Shown here in pieces: positions 7,895 to 21,131 of a DNA stretch of 38,089 nt (position 1 is its first letter; the number at the start of each line of letters is the position of its first letter). A program made the translations under genes and the position numbers. The stretch lies in IMG/VR virus record IMGVR_UViG_2917886563_000005, one strand, 5' to 3'. The notes beneath the pieces were generated by a model. It was not told the origin of the DNA. It saw nothing but the letters and a program-made list of their open reading frames with translations, and made no database searches. The DNA is from a virus (taxonomy: Duplodnaviria > Heunggongvirae > Uroviricota > Caudoviricetes).

Positions 7895-9892
7895 CTATTC
7901 TGACAACGCATCAGACTTAACACCCTGCGTCATAGCGTTAATAGCCTTTTGTGCCTGCTTCATGGCTTTCTCAAACGCTGTTGATCCGCGTGGGGTATTT
8001 GCCATTCGTAGCATTGCATTTCTGAATGGCTCACTCTCATAGGCGCGAGCAAGAAGGCCGTAGCTTACTGCTGCGCCAGTTGTCGCCGGGTTCATTGCCG
8101 TCCCATATCCGATAATGAACGGGATGGTTTGCTGCCCTGTTGGTGTTGTTACTGCCGCTTTTGCAGCCTGCTGCGTGGATTGCAGGTAGTTTTTCAATCC
8201 CCTCAGGTAAGCAGCATCCTGCCCCTTAAATGTGATACCCGTTTGGTTTTGCAGGATGTTAAGCTGTCGAAGGAACTGGTCAGGGGATCCACCTGATTTC
8301 TCTATCGCCTTTCCAATGATGCCATTGCGCATTTGCGCTCTTCCAACGCGACCAACTGAGTTATACAGCGTCTTAATTTCCGATTTGTTCTTGCTGAATA
8401 GCATGTTATTCACAACTTCCGGCGTCAGGTCGCCTTTCATGAGAATATTCTTCAGCCTGGTATTCTTTAGTTTCGCCGCTTCGTCAGCGTAGACGGCATT
8501 GGCCTGCTGATATTTACGAAGAGTATCATTGCCAAGATTCTGACCAATGGCACCATTGATATCGTCGGTCATCGCCTTGTAAACGCGCTGTATGGCGGCA
8601 TCGGAACGGTTTGGTAACACTGGTCGCTCACCCTTCACGTCCATTCTGAACTGGCTGCGCAGATCGCTTAATTGCTTCAAATCCAGATTTACCGGACCAT
8701 CAGGACCAGCATTGCGAATAAGCTCATCACGATAGGATTGAAGTTTTGAAATCGTCTCGTTATCAGCGACCTTACCAAGCTTCTGCAGGTTAGATATCTC
8801 AGTATCAATCTGCTGAATTGCTCGCACAGGCTGAATGTTGACTCCCGCCATTGCATTCTGAACCTGTTCAAGTCGATTACCTGCAGCACGACGAATTCCT
8901 GATGTTTTCGCTTTAAGGCTTTCAATAACAACAGCTGGATCATACTCACCGAATTTATCAGCAAATCTCTGCACCAACTGGCTTCTCGCTTCCTGTTGCG
9001 TTGCTCTCATTCCGCTTGTGCCAGCCAGAGGGATATTTTCTGCTGTAGTCTGCGCCATTTTTCCGACGCGGGAAGTAGGTTGTAACAGGTCTGTGGTGTG
9101 CAGAGGCACTCCTTCACGCTCTGCAAACCTGATAGCCTGTTGCGCTTCTGGCGCTATCGCACCACGAACTCCACGATAAGCAGCACCTAATCCACGTCCG
9201 GCAGCGTTAATAGCTCCGCCAGCCAGAACGCCAACGCCTAAGTCGGTGGCTAGTGCTTCCGCATCATCTTTCACACTGTTTGCAGCAAGTGATCCAACTG
9301 CGTTTTCAGCGAGAAGGCGAGTTGCACCCTGAGCAATTCGACCAGCAAGTGTTGGTGCCTGTGTTGCCGCTCTCTCAACGCCGGCAGGAGTGAGGTAAGG
9401 CAATGCTTCAGCAAATACCCTGCCCTCTGTCGTTTGTGGAGTCAGCGCACCTTGCTGAAGGCCAAAGTCCTGCTCTAATCCATGCGTTGTTACTCGTGGC
9501 GCTGGTTGATATGTTCCATCGCCAATGCCGAGTTTACCGCCAGCCCATGCAGCCGCGCTTGTTACAGCATCGGCAACCGATGCAGGTATGTTTGCCACGT
9601 TCACGCCAGCCTGCACCAGTCCGCGACCAGTCTCTTTTACTGCTTCGCCAAGATCAGACATAAATCCACTTTGCTGTGGTTGTTGCTGTGCTACTGGTTG
9701 CTGTGTCTCCACTGGCTGCACAGATGGCAATGGATAGGCAGCATAGAAAGCTTGCTTAGCCTGCTCTGCATTTTCTCCGGCTTGCGGGGCCACGACTTCA
9801 TTGAAGTATTGCTCCTGAGCCTGCGCTTTTTGTTCTGGTGCTAACGCCTGATACTGTGGAGAGGCGATAACATCTTTCCATGCTTTAGCCAT
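7895..9892 (-). CDS. P22 gp16-like ejection (E) protein
   Basis: Position and size (665 aa) in the conserved P22 order 4-10-26-14-7-20-16; Ala/Gly/Gln-rich. Confidence 0.7.
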   Translation of the reverse strand: MAKAWKDVIASPQYQALAPEQKAQAQEQYFNEVVAPQAGENAEQAKQAFYAAYPLPSVQPVETQQPVAQQQPQQSGFMSDLGEAVKETGRGLVQAGVNVANIPASVADAVTSAAAWAGGKLGIGDGTYQPAPRVTTHGLEQDFGLQQGALTPQTTEGRVFAEALPYLTPAGVERAATQAPTLAGRIAQGATRLLAENAVGSLAANSVKDDAEALATDLGVGVLAGGAINAAGRGLGAAYRGVRGAIAPEAQQAIRFAEREGVPLHTTDLLQPTSRVGKMAQTTAENIPLAGTSGMRATQQEARSQLVQRFADKFGEYDPAVVIESLKAKTSGIRRAAGNRLEQVQNAMAGVNIQPVRAIQQIDTEISNLQKLGKVADNETISKLQSYRDELIRNAGPDGPVNLDLKQLSDLRSQFRMDVKGERPVLPNRSDAAIQRVYKAMTDDINGAIGQNLGNDTLRKYQQANAVYADEAAKLKNTRLKNILMKGDLTPEVVNNMLFSKNKSEIKTLYNSVGRVGRAQMRNGIIGKAIEKSGGSPDQFLRQLNILQNQTGITFKGQDAAYLRGLKNYLQSTQQAAKAAVTTPTGQQTIPFIIGYGTAMNPATTGAAVSYGLLARAYESEPFRNAMLRMANTPRGSTAFEKAMKQAQKAINAMTQGVKSDALSE

Positions 9893-11187
9893 TAATCACC
9901 CCATAGTGAAGAAAAGTTACTGCCAGTAGTAGATTGTTGCCCTGGCATATTCTGCACCGGCTCCTGATAATCAAACTGTTTTTTAACAGTGCTCAACTTG
10001 CTTTCAAGCTGATTTCTAATCTTTCCGATAGAGTCACGAAAAGCCTTTTCACTCATTTTGGGGCTTAGGGCACCAACCGCATCGGATAATTTTTTACCCT
10101 CAGCATCTGAAAGAGCGCCCATACCCTTCAGGGACTGCACCATAGGAAGGAATGTTTGAGCTTTAAAGGTGTCGAGCCTTGCTTCAAAGTTAGCCGCATC
10201 AGAGCCAGGAACTGTCGGAAACGCTGAGCGAATTCCTACTGCTTTTGAAAGGCCGGGGCTTTGCTCTATCTCGTTGAGAGAATCAAGCGCGGTGCTGAAC
10301 GTATCAACTGCACCCTGAGCGGCGGCCTGCCTGTCAGCGCGGGCTATGTCAGCCTTTTGCCGAACATCTGCCTGTTTCTGTTTTAGCTCTTCAAGCTTTA
10401 ACTGATTGCTTTCTCTGGCTATCTGTCTGTCCAGAGCCTTTTCTTGTAATTCTGCTCTTTGTATTTCGCGGGAAAGAGCAGCATTCTGTGCGCTGATGTT
10501 CTGTCCACGTATCTGGATGTCCTGACCTCGAGCTGTTAGTGCTTCTCCAGCCTGATTGCTGCGGATTGTCTCTGCCAGTCTGCCTCGGTCAATCTCACGA
10601 CCAGCCATTTTGTCCTGAACATTGAAGTAATCAATCGGACCAAGAGCAGCCATTCCAAGGTGATCAACAAACTCACCAAATCCTGAAGGGTTCTGCTGAT
10701 ACATCTGAGCAACGTTGTTAGGATCAACACCGACGCGCGCCAGCTCCTTGGCGTTGTTTTGCAGCCAGGATTGCATTGCTTTTGGCGATGATGATGCAAG
10801 GCGAGCGCCAGCCGCTAAGGTGCCGATAGAATTGCGCTGGTCTTCATCAATGAATCCCATTCCTTTACGAACAGATTCAATCTGGTCTGGATATTGAGTA
10901 GCCAACTGACGCAAAGCACCACGATCACCAGACGCATAAGCATTAGCGTACGCCTGCTGAAATTCTTTCTGCCGCTGAGCCTGCTTTTCCTGCTGAAAAA
11001 CACCCGCAATACCTGAAATACCTTGCAAAGCCGTCAGTCCAACATTGTTAGCGCCTGAACGCTCAATATCATTGTTCTGCCTGATAAGCTGAAGCGTATT
11101 TCCGATGTCATTTACGCTCGGAGCGTTTGAGTTGACGCCGCCGATACCAGCCAACAATCCGCCGTTTGTTCCTTGCCAAGTAGCCAT
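9892..11187 (-). CDS. P22 gp20-like ejection protein
   Basis: Gene-order position; 431 aa; coupled to flanking genes. Confidence 0.65.
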   Translation of the reverse strand: MATWQGTNGGLLAGIGGVNSNAPSVNDIGNTLQLIRQNNDIERSGANNVGLTALQGISGIAGVFQQEKQAQRQKEFQQAYANAYASGDRGALRQLATQYPDQIESVRKGMGFIDEDQRNSIGTLAAGARLASSSPKAMQSWLQNNAKELARVGVDPNNVAQMYQQNPSGFGEFVDHLGMAALGPIDYFNVQDKMAGREIDRGRLAETIRSNQAGEALTARGQDIQIRGQNISAQNAALSREIQRAELQEKALDRQIARESNQLKLEELKQKQADVRQKADIARADRQAAAQGAVDTFSTALDSLNEIEQSPGLSKAVGIRSAFPTVPGSDAANFEARLDTFKAQTFLPMVQSLKGMGALSDAEGKKLSDAVGALSPKMSEKAFRDSIGKIRNQLESKLSTVKKQFDYQEPVQNMPGQQSTTGSNFSSLWGD

Positions 11188-11196
11188 GATTACCCC

Positions 11197-11892
11197 TTAA
11201 AACAACGAGCCAAGCAGGCCAAGTCCGCCGCCAATTGCCGCACCTAATCCAGTGCCAAGTCCGGGAACAATAGAGCCAAGAGCAGCGCCAGTCATAGCCC
11301 CTGAAGCTCCGCCGCTAATTGCTGTCTGAAGGCCTGATGGTTTATTGGCGTTAGCAGCGGCAAGTGCTGCGCTTTGCTGCGCAATGCTGCTCATGTTGTT
11401 GGCGTATGTCTGCCCGGCGTTCGCTTGACCTTGCAGCGCACCAAGGCCAATGTTTGCCAGATTGTTGTAGTTGCTCATCTGGTTTGACAACCACGACTGA
11501 CCGAGAGTCGGGGCAATCGTGGCCAGTTGATTGCTTGTGGCTGTCGAGCCAAGCCCCCCCGTCGCCTCCGCAGCAGCAAGACTCTGGTAACGCGCCTGAC
11601 CTGCAAGGTCTTTATACTGCTGAGAGTTGTAATACTGATTAAGTGCCTGCCCCTGTCCTTCTAAACTGGAAAGATTCTGAAGCTGGTTAACATACTGCTC
11701 CGCAAGCGGCGTGAACGGAGCAAGGTTTTTCATGATCGTCTGCCACTGCTGATTTTGCAGGTCTGCGGAATACTTCTGAGCTTCTGCTGCATACTTTGCG
11801 CTTTTATCAGAACTGCCACCTTTCCCGCCTTTTTCAGGGCAATAAGGTTCCTCGCCGCGCAGTTTTCTGCCCAGCTTAAATGCATATAACAT
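11197..11892 (-). CDS. P22 gp7-like ejection protein
   Basis: Gene-order position; 231 aa (P22 gp7 ~229 aa). Confidence 0.65.
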   Translation of the reverse strand: MLYAFKLGRKLRGEEPYCPEKGGKGGSSDKSAKYAAEAQKYSADLQNQQWQTIMKNLAPFTPLAEQYVNQLQNLSSLEGQGQALNQYYNSQQYKDLAGQARYQSLAAAEATGGLGSTATSNQLATIAPTLGQSWLSNQMSNYNNLANIGLGALQGQANAGQTYANNMSSIAQQSAALAAANANKPSGLQTAISGGASGAMTGAALGSIVPGLGTGLGAAIGGGLGLLGSLF

Positions 11893-11894
11893 GG

Positions 11895-12350
11895 CTATCT
11901 CCCGTGATTCAGGAAGTCGATTAGTTCTTCGCGTGTGGCGCTGTAAAACGTCACGTCATCCACGCCTTTGAAGTATTTCTTGATGGTTCCTACACGCTTA
12001 AGGCCAATCATTGTGCAGTACATCTGACCGTGGCGGAATTTGCGTGCAGCAAATGATGTGACGCACTGAACGGTGGTGTTGGTCAGAATGTATCGCCAGA
12101 ACGCCAGCCCGATTTCCTTGCTGAAGCCGCGAATCTCTGGCAGGTACATGGCGTGGCAATCGAATGTAAGCGGCTGAACCTCCTGATAGTAAACAATGCC
12201 TCCGAACTGCATATGCACGTTCACCTCGAAGTAACGGCATTCAGGCTTGTAGTCGTATCCATCACCGTTGTTGCTCCCGGCGATAATGTCAGGGTGATTT
12301 CCGACTGCTTCTATCAGGTCGATGTTTCGCGTTGGTTTGAATGTAATCAT
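11895..12350 (-). CDS. P22 gp14-like protein (position-based assignment)
   Basis: Located between the tail needle and gp7 homologues as in P22; 151 aa. Confidence 0.5.
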   Translation of the reverse strand: MITFKPTRNIDLIEAVGNHPDIIAGSNNGDGYDYKPECRYFEVNVHMQFGGIVYYQEVQPLTFDCHAMYLPEIRGFSKEIGLAFWRYILTNTTVQCVTSFAARKFRHGQMYCTMIGLKRVGTIKKYFKGVDDVTFYSATREELIDFLNHGR

Positions 12351-13051
12351 CAGTCAATCAGCCCATGTAATCTAAGTGCCGTTTCAAGCGCCAGAATACG
12401 CTGCCGCGCCTGCTGCAAACCTGTAGCGAGAGCTGCGACTTCGGATTGCGTGTACGTAGTGCCGACAGTGTATGACTGGTTAGCGTTGAATGAGCCAAGA
12501 AGTGGCGTACCTGTGGCTGCAGTCCATCCGGTCTGCCTTGCTCCAACGACCTGAATTCCATCAACTGAATATGATGTTTTTACATCCAGCGGTGACGCAA
12601 GAGACTGCGATTCGGTTACAGTTTTCGATACGTAATCACTCTTAATGTCAGATACATCGCTTTCTACGCCATCCAGTCTTTGGTCAACAGTGACCAGATG
12701 CGCCTGAATATCGATAACCTCATCCAGCAAGTAATCAACATCGCTACGCAGTACGACTATCTTCCCTTCGGCAGTTGTTAACCTGACCTCAAGGAGATTT
12801 ATCGCTTTTGTGTTTGCGGTGATTCTTGCGTCGTGATCTGCCAGTTCGACGTCCTGTTCATCGTTTTTCATCTGAGCATCGTAAGCGCCCTGACCAGCCT
12901 GATTTGCCTTCCCGGCAATTGCGCCGACATCAGCCCCCTGATTAATGACATACAGCAGGTAAGACTGGCTGAATATATTGCGTGGAAGGATTGATGTATC
13001 GAGTCGTGTAGCCTGAATTGTTACCGGCTCATTGAGATTCGAATCAGCCAT
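12350..13051 (-). CDS. Tail needle (P22 gp26-like), 233 aa
   Basis: [28 protein letters not shown]...[13 protein letters not shown]...LRLHGLID matches recalled P22 gp26. Confidence 0.85.
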   Translation of the reverse strand: MADSNLNEPVTIQATRLDTSILPRNIFSQSYLLYVINQGADVGAIAGKANQAGQGAYDAQMKNDEQDVELADHDARITANTKAINLLEVRLTTAEGKIVVLRSDVDYLLDEVIDIQAHLVTVDQRLDGVESDVSDIKSDYVSKTVTESQSLASPLDVKTSYSVDGIQVVGARQTGWTAATGTPLLGSFNANQSYTVGTTYTQSEVAALATGLQQARQRILALETALRLHGLID

Positions 13052-14469
13052 TACTCAATCCTTATCTGGCAACCAGACAGAGTGACAGGTGACTTCGTGA
13101 TAACGCGCAATTTGAAGCCGACATTTTTCCTGATGCGCCCTACTCGCTTCCACAAAACACGTTTGTCGTAAACGAACGGTTCATTCTGCTCAATCATCTG
13201 CTCACGCCCGTAATTGATGCCGTCAGTGGTTGCAGAGAGAAAAAGGCGGTCAGCGTACTGCGCAACGCCAGTTGACGATTCAACCTCAAGGTCGAACACT
13301 CTGGCGTTATCCGCTTTGAAGAGTGGAGTAAACAGCAGGTGTTCCTGTTGCTTGTCGTACTGACTGCTGATGTCGAATTGCAATTGCCCGGTAACAGATT
13401 CCAGCTTATCGCCGCACGTTATCTGATTGCCTTCGTAAATGAAGTCGATAGCGCGGTACACATCGTCATACAAGCCTGTTTTCAGTACACACCATTGCGG
13501 ACCATTGGCGCTTGAAGATGCGTCGTACACGAGAACATGGCGCGGAAGGTGGATAATCAGCAACTCATGAGCATCAAATCGCAGCGATTCCATCACACCA
13601 TCAGCCAGTTCATCAGCAGTGTAGGAGCGGAGGATTTTCTCAATGCTCGCGCTGGCGATTGGTGACACCTGACCGGATCCGATGATGTACACAGACGGCG
13701 CACCTGTTGCAGGATTGCTGATGAACGCATAAGAATCAGCAAACGGCGTTTTGCAGTAGGTTCCGGCTATTCCTTTTTGCACCATCAGCGATGGCTGTGC
13801 GACATACAAAGCGGCACCAACAGTGGTTGCGCCAGTCAGGGAGAAATATTCAATCGTCGATGAACCAAAGCAGACGATGAAGTCTCGCCATGTGCCGATG
13901 CCGATGATTCCGTCAGGCTGAGACTCGGCACGATATTGTGCACTGTAACGGTCAGGATGCGATTCGTCTTCAAGGTCAGTGATAAACCATGAATCAGTGC
14001 CGTCTTTTGACCACGCATAACGCCCACGTAAGCGCGTAATGTCGCGAACTGAACCTAACTCGTACTGTGTGAATCCGCTGTCTGTAGGCCAGTTTGAGAC
14101 GGTTTTAACCGTGCCATCATAGCGGTATTCGACCAGTTGACCATTAACGCCTACAGCCTGAGATGTCCGACCATGCGCCATTGATACACGACCACTTCCG
14201 GCAACATCACCGACTTCACTTTCGCCCTTATACAGCCTGCCACCACATACGCGATAAACAGCATTCTGCGCCATGTTGTACTCAACGCCGCGAGATACAC
14301 CGTTCACATCAGAACGTTTGGCAATGCCCGGGAATGAGCGAAGATATCCGCTGCTGTTGAGTATTTCTTTGGGTGTAGCCAGCATATTCACTGGCAGATA
14401 GTCGATATAGTCGGCGTTTCGGAAGTCTTTCCCGACACCTTTCATAAGCGGAAGTTGCTGAATCGGCAT
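13051..14469 (-). CDS. Tail accessory protein (P22 gp10-like), 472 aa
   Basis: Same size as P22 gp10 and correct position. Confidence 0.75.
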   Translation of the reverse strand: MPIQQLPLMKGVGKDFRNADYIDYLPVNMLATPKEILNSSGYLRSFPGIAKRSDVNGVSRGVEYNMAQNAVYRVCGGRLYKGESEVGDVAGSGRVSMAHGRTSQAVGVNGQLVEYRYDGTVKTVSNWPTDSGFTQYELGSVRDITRLRGRYAWSKDGTDSWFITDLEDESHPDRYSAQYRAESQPDGIIGIGTWRDFIVCFGSSTIEYFSLTGATTVGAALYVAQPSLMVQKGIAGTYCKTPFADSYAFISNPATGAPSVYIIGSGQVSPIASASIEKILRSYTADELADGVMESLRFDAHELLIIHLPRHVLVYDASSSANGPQWCVLKTGLYDDVYRAIDFIYEGNQITCGDKLESVTGQLQFDISSQYDKQQEHLLFTPLFKADNARVFDLEVESSTGVAQYADRLFLSATTDGINYGREQMIEQNEPFVYDKRVLWKRVGRIRKNVGFKLRVITKSPVTLSGCQIRIE

Positions 14470-14946
14470 TATTCGCTCCCGTTATCGCAAGGTTCCTTTC
14501 GGTGGAAGTAATTCCAACCGTTCCACTTCGCCAACTGGTTTCCACTGCCAACAGGCATACGGTTTGGATAACCGGACTTACATTTTGCGGCTTTTGCTCT
14601 GTCCATTGCAGACAGTTTGACGAGTCGCTCTTTCCCGTATCTGGCAGTGGTTATAAGTTTTGCAGACGCTTCCAGCGCATAATCCGGAGCAATGCGGCAG
14701 GCAAGGTTGAAAATGACGGCATTGATAGCGTTATTTGATAAACCGTGTTCATCGCCAGGATCTGGAGCGACATCTGCATCAGCGAAAATGTAGCCAACGT
14801 TGATACCTGGTGACGCATCACCGCCAAGCCATTCAGCCATCATCATTTCAAGGTCGTTGACGCCGTCTTCCATAGACTGCGGTTCGACATCGGTTAACGT
14901 GGCATTTGATGCGACACCGAGCTTACGTAATGCTGCAAGGACTAAA

Positions 14947-14969
<23 letters not shown>
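14469..14969 (-). CDS. Tail accessory protein (P22 gp4-like), 166 aa; start at internal ATG 14969 rather than the 197-aa ORF start
   Basis: From [21 protein letters not shown]... the protein aligns with recalled P22 gp4 (166 aa). Confidence 0.75.
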
Positions 14970-15201
<232 letters not shown>

Positions 15202-15213
15202 GCTTGTCTCCAG

Positions 15214-15238
15214 ATAAAAAAGGGAGCCGAAGCTCCCT
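15214..15238 (-). terminator. Intrinsic terminator 8 nt downstream of the coat gene
   Basis: Minus strand reads gggagc-uucg-gcuccc followed by uuuuuu. Confidence 0.6.
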
Positions 15239-15245
15239 CTGGTTA

Positions 15246-16541
15246 TCACGCAGTCTGGTTAGGCAGACCAACACCAATTGCCTCTGGTCGTACAGCACAT
15301 GCTGAATACCACACAGCAATACGGCACTTACCAGACAGAGTGTTGATATCACCCTGCGTTGCGAAGATGCCGTTAACACCAATGCCTGGAATGCTGAAGG
15401 AAGACGTTTTCATGCCGGCAAACAGTTCATGGGTTACCGGGATCGGCTGAGACAGCAGACGAATTGAGTCATCAGCCCAGAACACGTTAGCGGTGGTTGT
15501 TGCCACGTTCAGAACGTTTACCGGAGTGGTATCAGCAAGAGAGGTGTTTACATTAGCGTAAGCCTTCTCTTCTTTTGTCAGTGACGCGTCATCAAGCGCA
15601 ATCGGCTTCGGCGTGATTTCGATGTGAGTACCATCGATCACACGGGTGATTGAGAAAGTCGCATCATCAGTCAGCACGTTCTTCGCCATCTGAGACAGGA
15701 ATTTCACACCAGTGAAGCTGATTTTGTCGCCGCGCTTAAACCCGGTGGTGGAGGATACGGTCACCGTTGCAACACGGTTATCGACGTTCTCTTTGTTACC
15801 ATCGGTATCAAGGGTGTATGCCTGCGGCTTAAACTTCTGCGCACCAGAAACAGTTACACCAGTAGCGGTTGACTTGGTAACTGCCGGAAGTTTCGGTGAG
15901 CGAAGAATTTCATCAAAGCCAGCAATCTGACGCTGAATAGTACCGTTGCGATACGCTTCTTCAGGAACTCGCCCGAAGATGTCGCCATCTACCAGGTTGC
16001 GGCCTGCTTTGCGGTAATCGTCAGGGTTCAGGAAGTAACTGATGCCCATGTCGCGGTTGAGTTCGCGGGAGAACATCAGGCGCTCTGCATCAGACACAAA
16101 ATCCCAGCCAGACAGGCCAGTAGATGGACCAATTGCGCGGGTATCGTGAACAACAAGCGAGCCCATTTCAGTTGCCTGTTTGGCAATTGCTGACTCAATG
16201 TTATTCGCCAGTTTTTTGGCGGATGCCTGGATGCGGCGACGGTAAGAACGCTCATCACGCAGGTCATCTGCACGAAGCTCGAAGAAATCGTTATCTGGAT
16301 CGCCCATGTTGCATTTCACGGACAGTTCCAGAATACCGGTAGCGTTGCCAGTTAAATCCCATCCAGTCTGAGTTGGCGCTTCCTGCTCAACAGGCATCCA
16401 CACGGTGTTGCTTGAACGTTGCATGGATTCTGCCGGAGGGGTGTATTTTGTCACTTTGGACGCCATTGGCGTCAGGTTCTGGACGGTTTCGATGATTTCA
16501 TCCAGAGCATACGTGACCAGTTGACCTTCATTTAATGCCAT
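15246..16541 (-). CDS. Major capsid (coat) protein, P22 gp5-like, 431 aa
   Basis: [20 protein letters not shown]...[14 protein letters not shown] is near-collinear with recalled P22 coat protein. Confidence 0.9.
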   Translation of the reverse strand: MALNEGQLVTYALDEIIETVQNLTPMASKVTKYTPPAESMQRSSNTVWMPVEQEAPTQTGWDLTGNATGILELSVKCNMGDPDNDFFELRADDLRDERSYRRRIQASAKKLANNIESAIAKQATEMGSLVVHDTRAIGPSTGLSGWDFVSDAERLMFSRELNRDMGISYFLNPDDYRKAGRNLVDGDIFGRVPEEAYRNGTIQRQIAGFDEILRSPKLPAVTKSTATGVTVSGAQKFKPQAYTLDTDGNKENVDNRVATVTVSSTTGFKRGDKISFTGVKFLSQMAKNVLTDDATFSITRVIDGTHIEITPKPIALDDASLTKEEKAYANVNTSLADTTPVNVLNVATTTANVFWADDSIRLLSQPIPVTHELFAGMKTSSFSIPGIGVNGIFATQGDINTLSGKCRIAVWYSACAVRPEAIGVGLPNQTA

Positions 16542-17452
16542 TATCGAATTCCTTTATTCAGTTGCGCCTTGAGCTTGCGGTACGTCTCTACATCCCCTTT
16601 GTTTGCTGCCGCCTCCATCTGCTTTTCAATCGCAGAGATATTTGCAGCAACAGCATGTCCCTGAATGGGTTCATCAGGTAACGGGGCTTCTGAAACAGGC
16701 TTGGCTCTAGGCTTGAGAGTTAAACGTTCTGACAGTCGAGTGAGTTCAATCAGCGCGGATTGCCCGTCCATCGCCAGCAACTGGCGTGTTTTCTCAGGAT
16801 TAGCACCAAGGTGATACATGAGAGCGGCGGATTTCTCCGGGAAGAGGCGCATGATGTCGGCACCGACTGCTGGCGGCACCAGTTGCATGAATGCATCCTC
16901 TTTCTCCTGATAGTCAGGGATATTGAGCTTTTCCGCTGCGTCGTAGTGCTTACGGGCTGCCTCGACGTATTGCGCTGATTGCTGGGTGAACTCCTGAGTT
17001 TTGCGACCCTGCTCGGCGACAGCCTGGCTTCGTGCGTCCATAGCCTTGATCTGCCATTCACTGTTTGCCTGCTGGAAGGCAGCCAGTGCGCGGCTCTGTT
17101 CATAGTCGTACTTAGCCAGTGCATCTTCGGAAAGATAATCGTTAGGGTCTGGTTGTTTTGGTAACTCAGGGTTCACCCGCAGGTGCTCCGGCAACTCCCC
17201 TCGCTTAACCGCTTCCATCTGCTGCTCAAGCTCACGCTGGCGTTTGCGTTCGATGCGGCGACGGGCAAATTCAGCATTAGTTGCCGGGTCTTGTTTTGGT
17301 TTCTCATCGTCTTTCAGGACAATCTCGAAGCCTTCTTCCTGACCTGCGTTGTCGCTGGCATTATCGACAACTAAGCCATCAGCAGATGCCGCTGCATGAT
17401 TGCCGGGCAGGGTTAATTCTTCAGAAGCCTGAATGTCGGTGGTTTGGTCCAT
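16541..17452 (-). CDS. Scaffolding protein, P22 gp8-like, 303 aa
   Basis: Strong similarity to recalled P22 gp8 (e.g. ...[11 protein letters not shown]...). Confidence 0.9.
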   Translation of the reverse strand: MDQTTDIQASEELTLPGNHAAASADGLVVDNASDNAGQEEGFEIVLKDDEKPKQDPATNAEFARRRIERKRQRELEQQMEAVKRGELPEHLRVNPELPKQPDPNDYLSEDALAKYDYEQSRALAAFQQANSEWQIKAMDARSQAVAEQGRKTQEFTQQSAQYVEAARKHYDAAEKLNIPDYQEKEDAFMQLVPPAVGADIMRLFPEKSAALMYHLGANPEKTRQLLAMDGQSALIELTRLSERLTLKPRAKPVSEAPLPDEPIQGHAVAANISAIEKQMEAAANKGDVETYRKLKAQLNKGIR

Positions 17453-17465
17453 GGTTAACTCTCTC

Positions 17466-19631
17466 TTATTGAGGTGTCTCGGCTACTCCGCCGGAGGGGA
17501 TTTGAACTTGACGCATAAGATTCGCGAAATCCATGCGTTGTGAATGAGTCTGGTCTGCGTCTTTAAGAAGCAGCTCAGCGTTAGCACGAGCATCTTTGCT
17601 GCGCTGTTGCTGGAATTGACCTACGAGCTTGAGGTACTCACGCAGTTCTGCCTGCTTGTCGAGGTCCATATTGTTGAAGATTTCTGCAATCTTCGCGGCG
17701 TTGAGTTGGTTTTGGGCTTCAACCTTGGCGGCTTCAACCTGAATCTGCGCCTGTTGGTTCTCTGCCTTGAGCAATTCAGCCTGACCTTGCAGAAGGATAC
17801 CCTGCGCCTGAATTTGCTCTGCTGATGGCTGCTGCGGCTGCTGTTGAGCCTGCTGTACCATCTCCATCTCTTCAGGTGTTTCTGGTTTCTTCAGCCCCAT
17901 CATCACCAGTTGCTTGTTCGCGTACTCTCGCATCATCTCTACGCCTTTACCGTCAAGCAGCGTGAAGTATTGCAGCATCAGCATCTGGAACTCTGGAGTA
18001 CCTTGTGGAACCTTGGTGAGTAACTCCTGAATCTCTGCGCGGTTCTGTTCCTTCATACTCTGGAAGGATGGTCCAACGTCTGTATAGCACTCATAGCGAC
18101 CGCGAATGTCGTTGAGTGTGACCACATTGCCGGACTGGTAATCGACAACTTGCGCATAGAGTTGAACGTCTTTCTCGCTTCCATCTTCAAGTGTCAGCGT
18201 TACATGACGAGGAACGTCATAAATATCGTTGACCATTGAGGCATAAATCTCTCCATCACGTCGCATTGCGGTAGCCAGGTTATCCTGAAATACGTATGTC
18301 TCAAGGTCTGCCCGCATGTTCAGTTGATTGACGGTATCGAAAGCGACCTGAGAGTTTGCTGCCTGCGCATCCACACCAAGACTAGCCACCTCTTTCACTG
18401 CGTTGGTGGCAGCCTCAAGCATGTAAGCGTTGGCTTGCGGCACTTCAGGGTTTTCCATGTAGGAGATTGGACCAATCGGCAGGTCGTTACCGTTTTCATC
18501 AGTCCTGTTCTGCAGATAGTACGGATAGTCATCATTTCCACCGTACATGTATTCGTAGCCTTCGATTTGCTCAGGGAAGAAGGTAGGTTTCTTCTTCGGT
18601 GAACGAGCAACAATATCGGCGTTGAACGACATGATCATGTTACGAAGGCGCTGACCGTCTTTCGTCAGCCTTACCACTCCTTCGTAGCACTCCTTGTCAC
18701 CAGCGAATGACCATTCACCATACACTGGAACGATTGGAATATGCTCTCCGGCTATCTTCTCGCGGTCTTTCAGTATCTGCGTACAGGTGATGATCGACTT
18801 ATACACACGCCGACGCTTGACCTTACGCTCTGCTACCTTAATGAATCCACGATTAGCCAGGTCGTCGATGACGTCTTTGATATCCTGCTGGTAATAGCTG
18901 ACCGGCTCACCTGTCAGCGGGTCGCGGTAGATGAAGACCTTCTCTTTCTTCTCTTCGACCTCGTAATACTCAGCGACGTAGACGACATCATTCGATACCC
19001 ACGGAAACAGCCATGTATCGTTCGGATTCTGGAAAGATGGCAAGGTGTCCGGATCAATACCGTAATCCTCTGCGAACTCTTTCCAGCCATTGCGTGACAA
19101 GGCGTTAATCACCGTGCAGTGCTTAGCGTCGCTCTTATCCATCTGCTTGCTGTTTGCGTCCCATATGACGTGTGAGCAGGCTTCATGGATTGGCAGGCGT
19201 CGAATTACCTGATTGTTGCTTGTTGGGTCGTTGTCTTCGTACTGTGTGACCAGACGCCATGCACCAACGCCGGACTCTATCTGCTCACGAACGCCAACGT
19301 TAACGGCAATCTTTGCCGTGTTATGGCGCATATCAGTACGATACATCCCCATCAACACATCGGCTGCATCAGGATTAGCGCCGTCTTTGGGTCGGAAGAG
19401 AACGTCGATAGGGTTCCGGCGCATCTCTGCGACCAGTTTCCTGACCACCGGGCGAACAACATCGAATTGTCCGCGATATTGCAGGGTAGTGTAGTTTGAT
19501 AGCCAGTCATCCCATTGCGACACTCGGCTAAAATACAGGTCATTTGTCGCCTCGGTTCTGGCTTCATCGCTCGCCATCCAGTCCGCGTCAAACTTACACA
19601 GAATGGAATTGAGTCTGTTTTCGTCGGCCAT
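17466..19631 (-). CDS. Portal protein, P22 gp1-like, 721 aa
   Basis: Size and position; Gln-rich C-terminal barrel region typical of P22-type portals. Confidence 0.85.
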   Translation of the reverse strand: MADENRLNSILCKFDADWMASDEARTEATNDLYFSRVSQWDDWLSNYTTLQYRGQFDVVRPVVRKLVAEMRRNPIDVLFRPKDGANPDAADVLMGMYRTDMRHNTAKIAVNVGVREQIESGVGAWRLVTQYEDNDPTSNNQVIRRLPIHEACSHVIWDANSKQMDKSDAKHCTVINALSRNGWKEFAEDYGIDPDTLPSFQNPNDTWLFPWVSNDVVYVAEYYEVEEKKEKVFIYRDPLTGEPVSYYQQDIKDVIDDLANRGFIKVAERKVKRRRVYKSIITCTQILKDREKIAGEHIPIVPVYGEWSFAGDKECYEGVVRLTKDGQRLRNMIMSFNADIVARSPKKKPTFFPEQIEGYEYMYGGNDDYPYYLQNRTDENGNDLPIGPISYMENPEVPQANAYMLEAATNAVKEVASLGVDAQAANSQVAFDTVNQLNMRADLETYVFQDNLATAMRRDGEIYASMVNDIYDVPRHVTLTLEDGSEKDVQLYAQVVDYQSGNVVTLNDIRGRYECYTDVGPSFQSMKEQNRAEIQELLTKVPQGTPEFQMLMLQYFTLLDGKGVEMMREYANKQLVMMGLKKPETPEEMEMVQQAQQQPQQPSAEQIQAQGILLQGQAELLKAENQQAQIQVEAAKVEAQNQLNAAKIAEIFNNMDLDKQAELREYLKLVGQFQQQRSKDARANAELLLKDADQTHSQRMDFANLMRQVQIPSGGVAETPQ

Positions 19632-21131
19632 TTAAGTTCTCCGTGCGATGGGCCTGATTGGGGCTGGTATCTTTTTCTCTTTTGGTTTTTTGATGTCGCG
19701 CATCATTTTGGCGAAGCGGCGCATCATGTATGCATAGCGAACGGCTGAGAGAACGTCGTCGTTAAGCTTGACGATCTTCCCGTTTTCATCACGGTGATAG
19801 AGGCGGAACTCCTCAAAGAATGGCTCACATGTGTTGAATACTTTGAAGCGACCATCAAGCATCATGTCGCGCAATTCAGTGATGCCTGGCTCAACAGCGT
19901 TACCGCCATCAGGCCATGTCGCATGCTCCTGCAACATCATAAATCCAGCGTCTGCATACTGCCCTTTGAGCTGCTCACCGCCGCCCTTCTCATGCTGGTT
20001 TCCGTCATGAGGCCATGCGGTTGGCACTTTATGCGCCCATGACTTAACGGCTCCCCAAGCCTGAACGGCTGTCTTTTCTTTCGCCTTCCACACGCGTGAA
20101 AGGTAGATTATGTCTGCATCCTTATCCCACCAAAGCTGAACCTGCGCCTGTGGGTGATCCCATCCGAAATCCATCCCGCCAATTACGTAGAAGTGATCAG
20201 GACACTCGAACGGCTGACACTTAATCGTCTCTTCAGGTATCTGAAAGATTCGACCGCTACCCATCGTAGGAATACCCCGAGCACGCGCCTCTCTCTCATG
20301 TTCAGGATAGGATGCGATGATTTGCTCTTTCTGCTCGTCAGTGTAGTGCTCAGCGTCATAGATGGTCATGTTGACCACTTTCTGCGACTTGCTGGGGTTC
20401 TTCAGGAACTTGGTAACAACGTCAGACATCCCCATCAGCGGGGTAAACGTCAGAATTGAGAATTGACCGTATTTGTTGGTACGGGTAAGCCCTTCGCCAT
20501 AAATGCTGTATGGTGGCTCTTCGTCAAACCACACACCGTGGATTGTGTCACCCTGCCAGCGAGCGCGGCCTTGCGAGTATGGCTTGAAGTAGCAGATTGA
20601 AATGCCATCTTCAACGCCATCAGCCGTGTGATGCTTAACCAGAAGATGATCAACAAGGTTCGGAAAGAAAGGAGACTTCTTCCAGCTAATGATGTCTTCT
20701 TTCGGTATGGAACCGTAGCCAGGCTCGTCATTCTCTTCGATACGACCGCACAGGATGCGTTGAGTCGTTTTGGTTACAGTCTCGTTTGTCTCGCCGCCAA
20801 TCCAGAAGACAACAGGCTCATAGAAACGCTTACCTTTCCACTCCCCACCATATTTACCATCAGCCGGATAGCCTTTTGTTCCCGGATAACGCCCGGTAAG
20901 GTGAAATGCGACTTCAGCAGCACCAGTAAATGACTTACCAAGCTGGTTACCAGCCATAAAACAGCGCTCTGGATAGTCATGCCCGGCGTCGATGAACTCA
21001 CGCTGTTTGCTGTATGGCGTAAATTCATATAGCAGGTGTGTGTTACGGTAGTTCTCTTCTTCTTCGAGTAGCTCGAGCAATTCGATTTGCTCTTCGTCGC
21101 TCAGGTTATCAAGAATCGCGTCCAGTTCCAC
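19632..21131 (-). CDS. Terminase large subunit, P22 gp2-like, 499 aa
   Basis: Same length as P22 gp2; immediately upstream of portal. Confidence 0.85.
   Translation of the reverse strand: MELDAILDNLSDEEQIELLELLEEEENYRNTHLLYEFTPYSKQREFIDAGHDYPERCFMAGNQLGKSFTGAAEVAFHLTGRYPGTKGYPADGKYGGEWKGKRFYEPVVFWIGGETNETVTKTTQRILCGRIEENDEPGYGSIPKEDIISWKKSPFFPNLVDHLLVKHHTADGVEDGISICYFKPYSQGRARWQGDTIHGVWFDEEPPYSIYGEGLTRTNKYGQFSILTFTPLMGMSDVVTKFLKNPSKSQKVVNMTIYDAEHYTDEQKEQIIASYPEHEREARARGIPTMGSGRIFQIPEETIKCQPFECPDHFYVIGGMDFGWDHPQAQVQLWWDKDADIIYLSRVWKAKEKTAVQAWGAVKSWAHKVPTAWPHDGNQHEKGGGEQLKGQYADAGFMMLQEHATWPDGGNAVEPGITELRDMMLDGRFKVFNTCEPFFEEFRLYHRDENGKIVKLNDDVLSAVRYAYMMRRFAKMMRDIKKPKEKKIPAPIRPIARRT

Noticed and set aside
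8232-11009. Multiple 60-120 aa ORFs antisense to or out of frame within gp16 and gp20
   Set aside because: Fully embedded in long conserved structural genes, compositionally biased translations, no translation signals; typical frame artefacts.
16750-19591. ORFs antisense or out of frame within the scaffold and portal genes
   Set aside because: Embedded in well-supported P22-like genes; no independent evidence.
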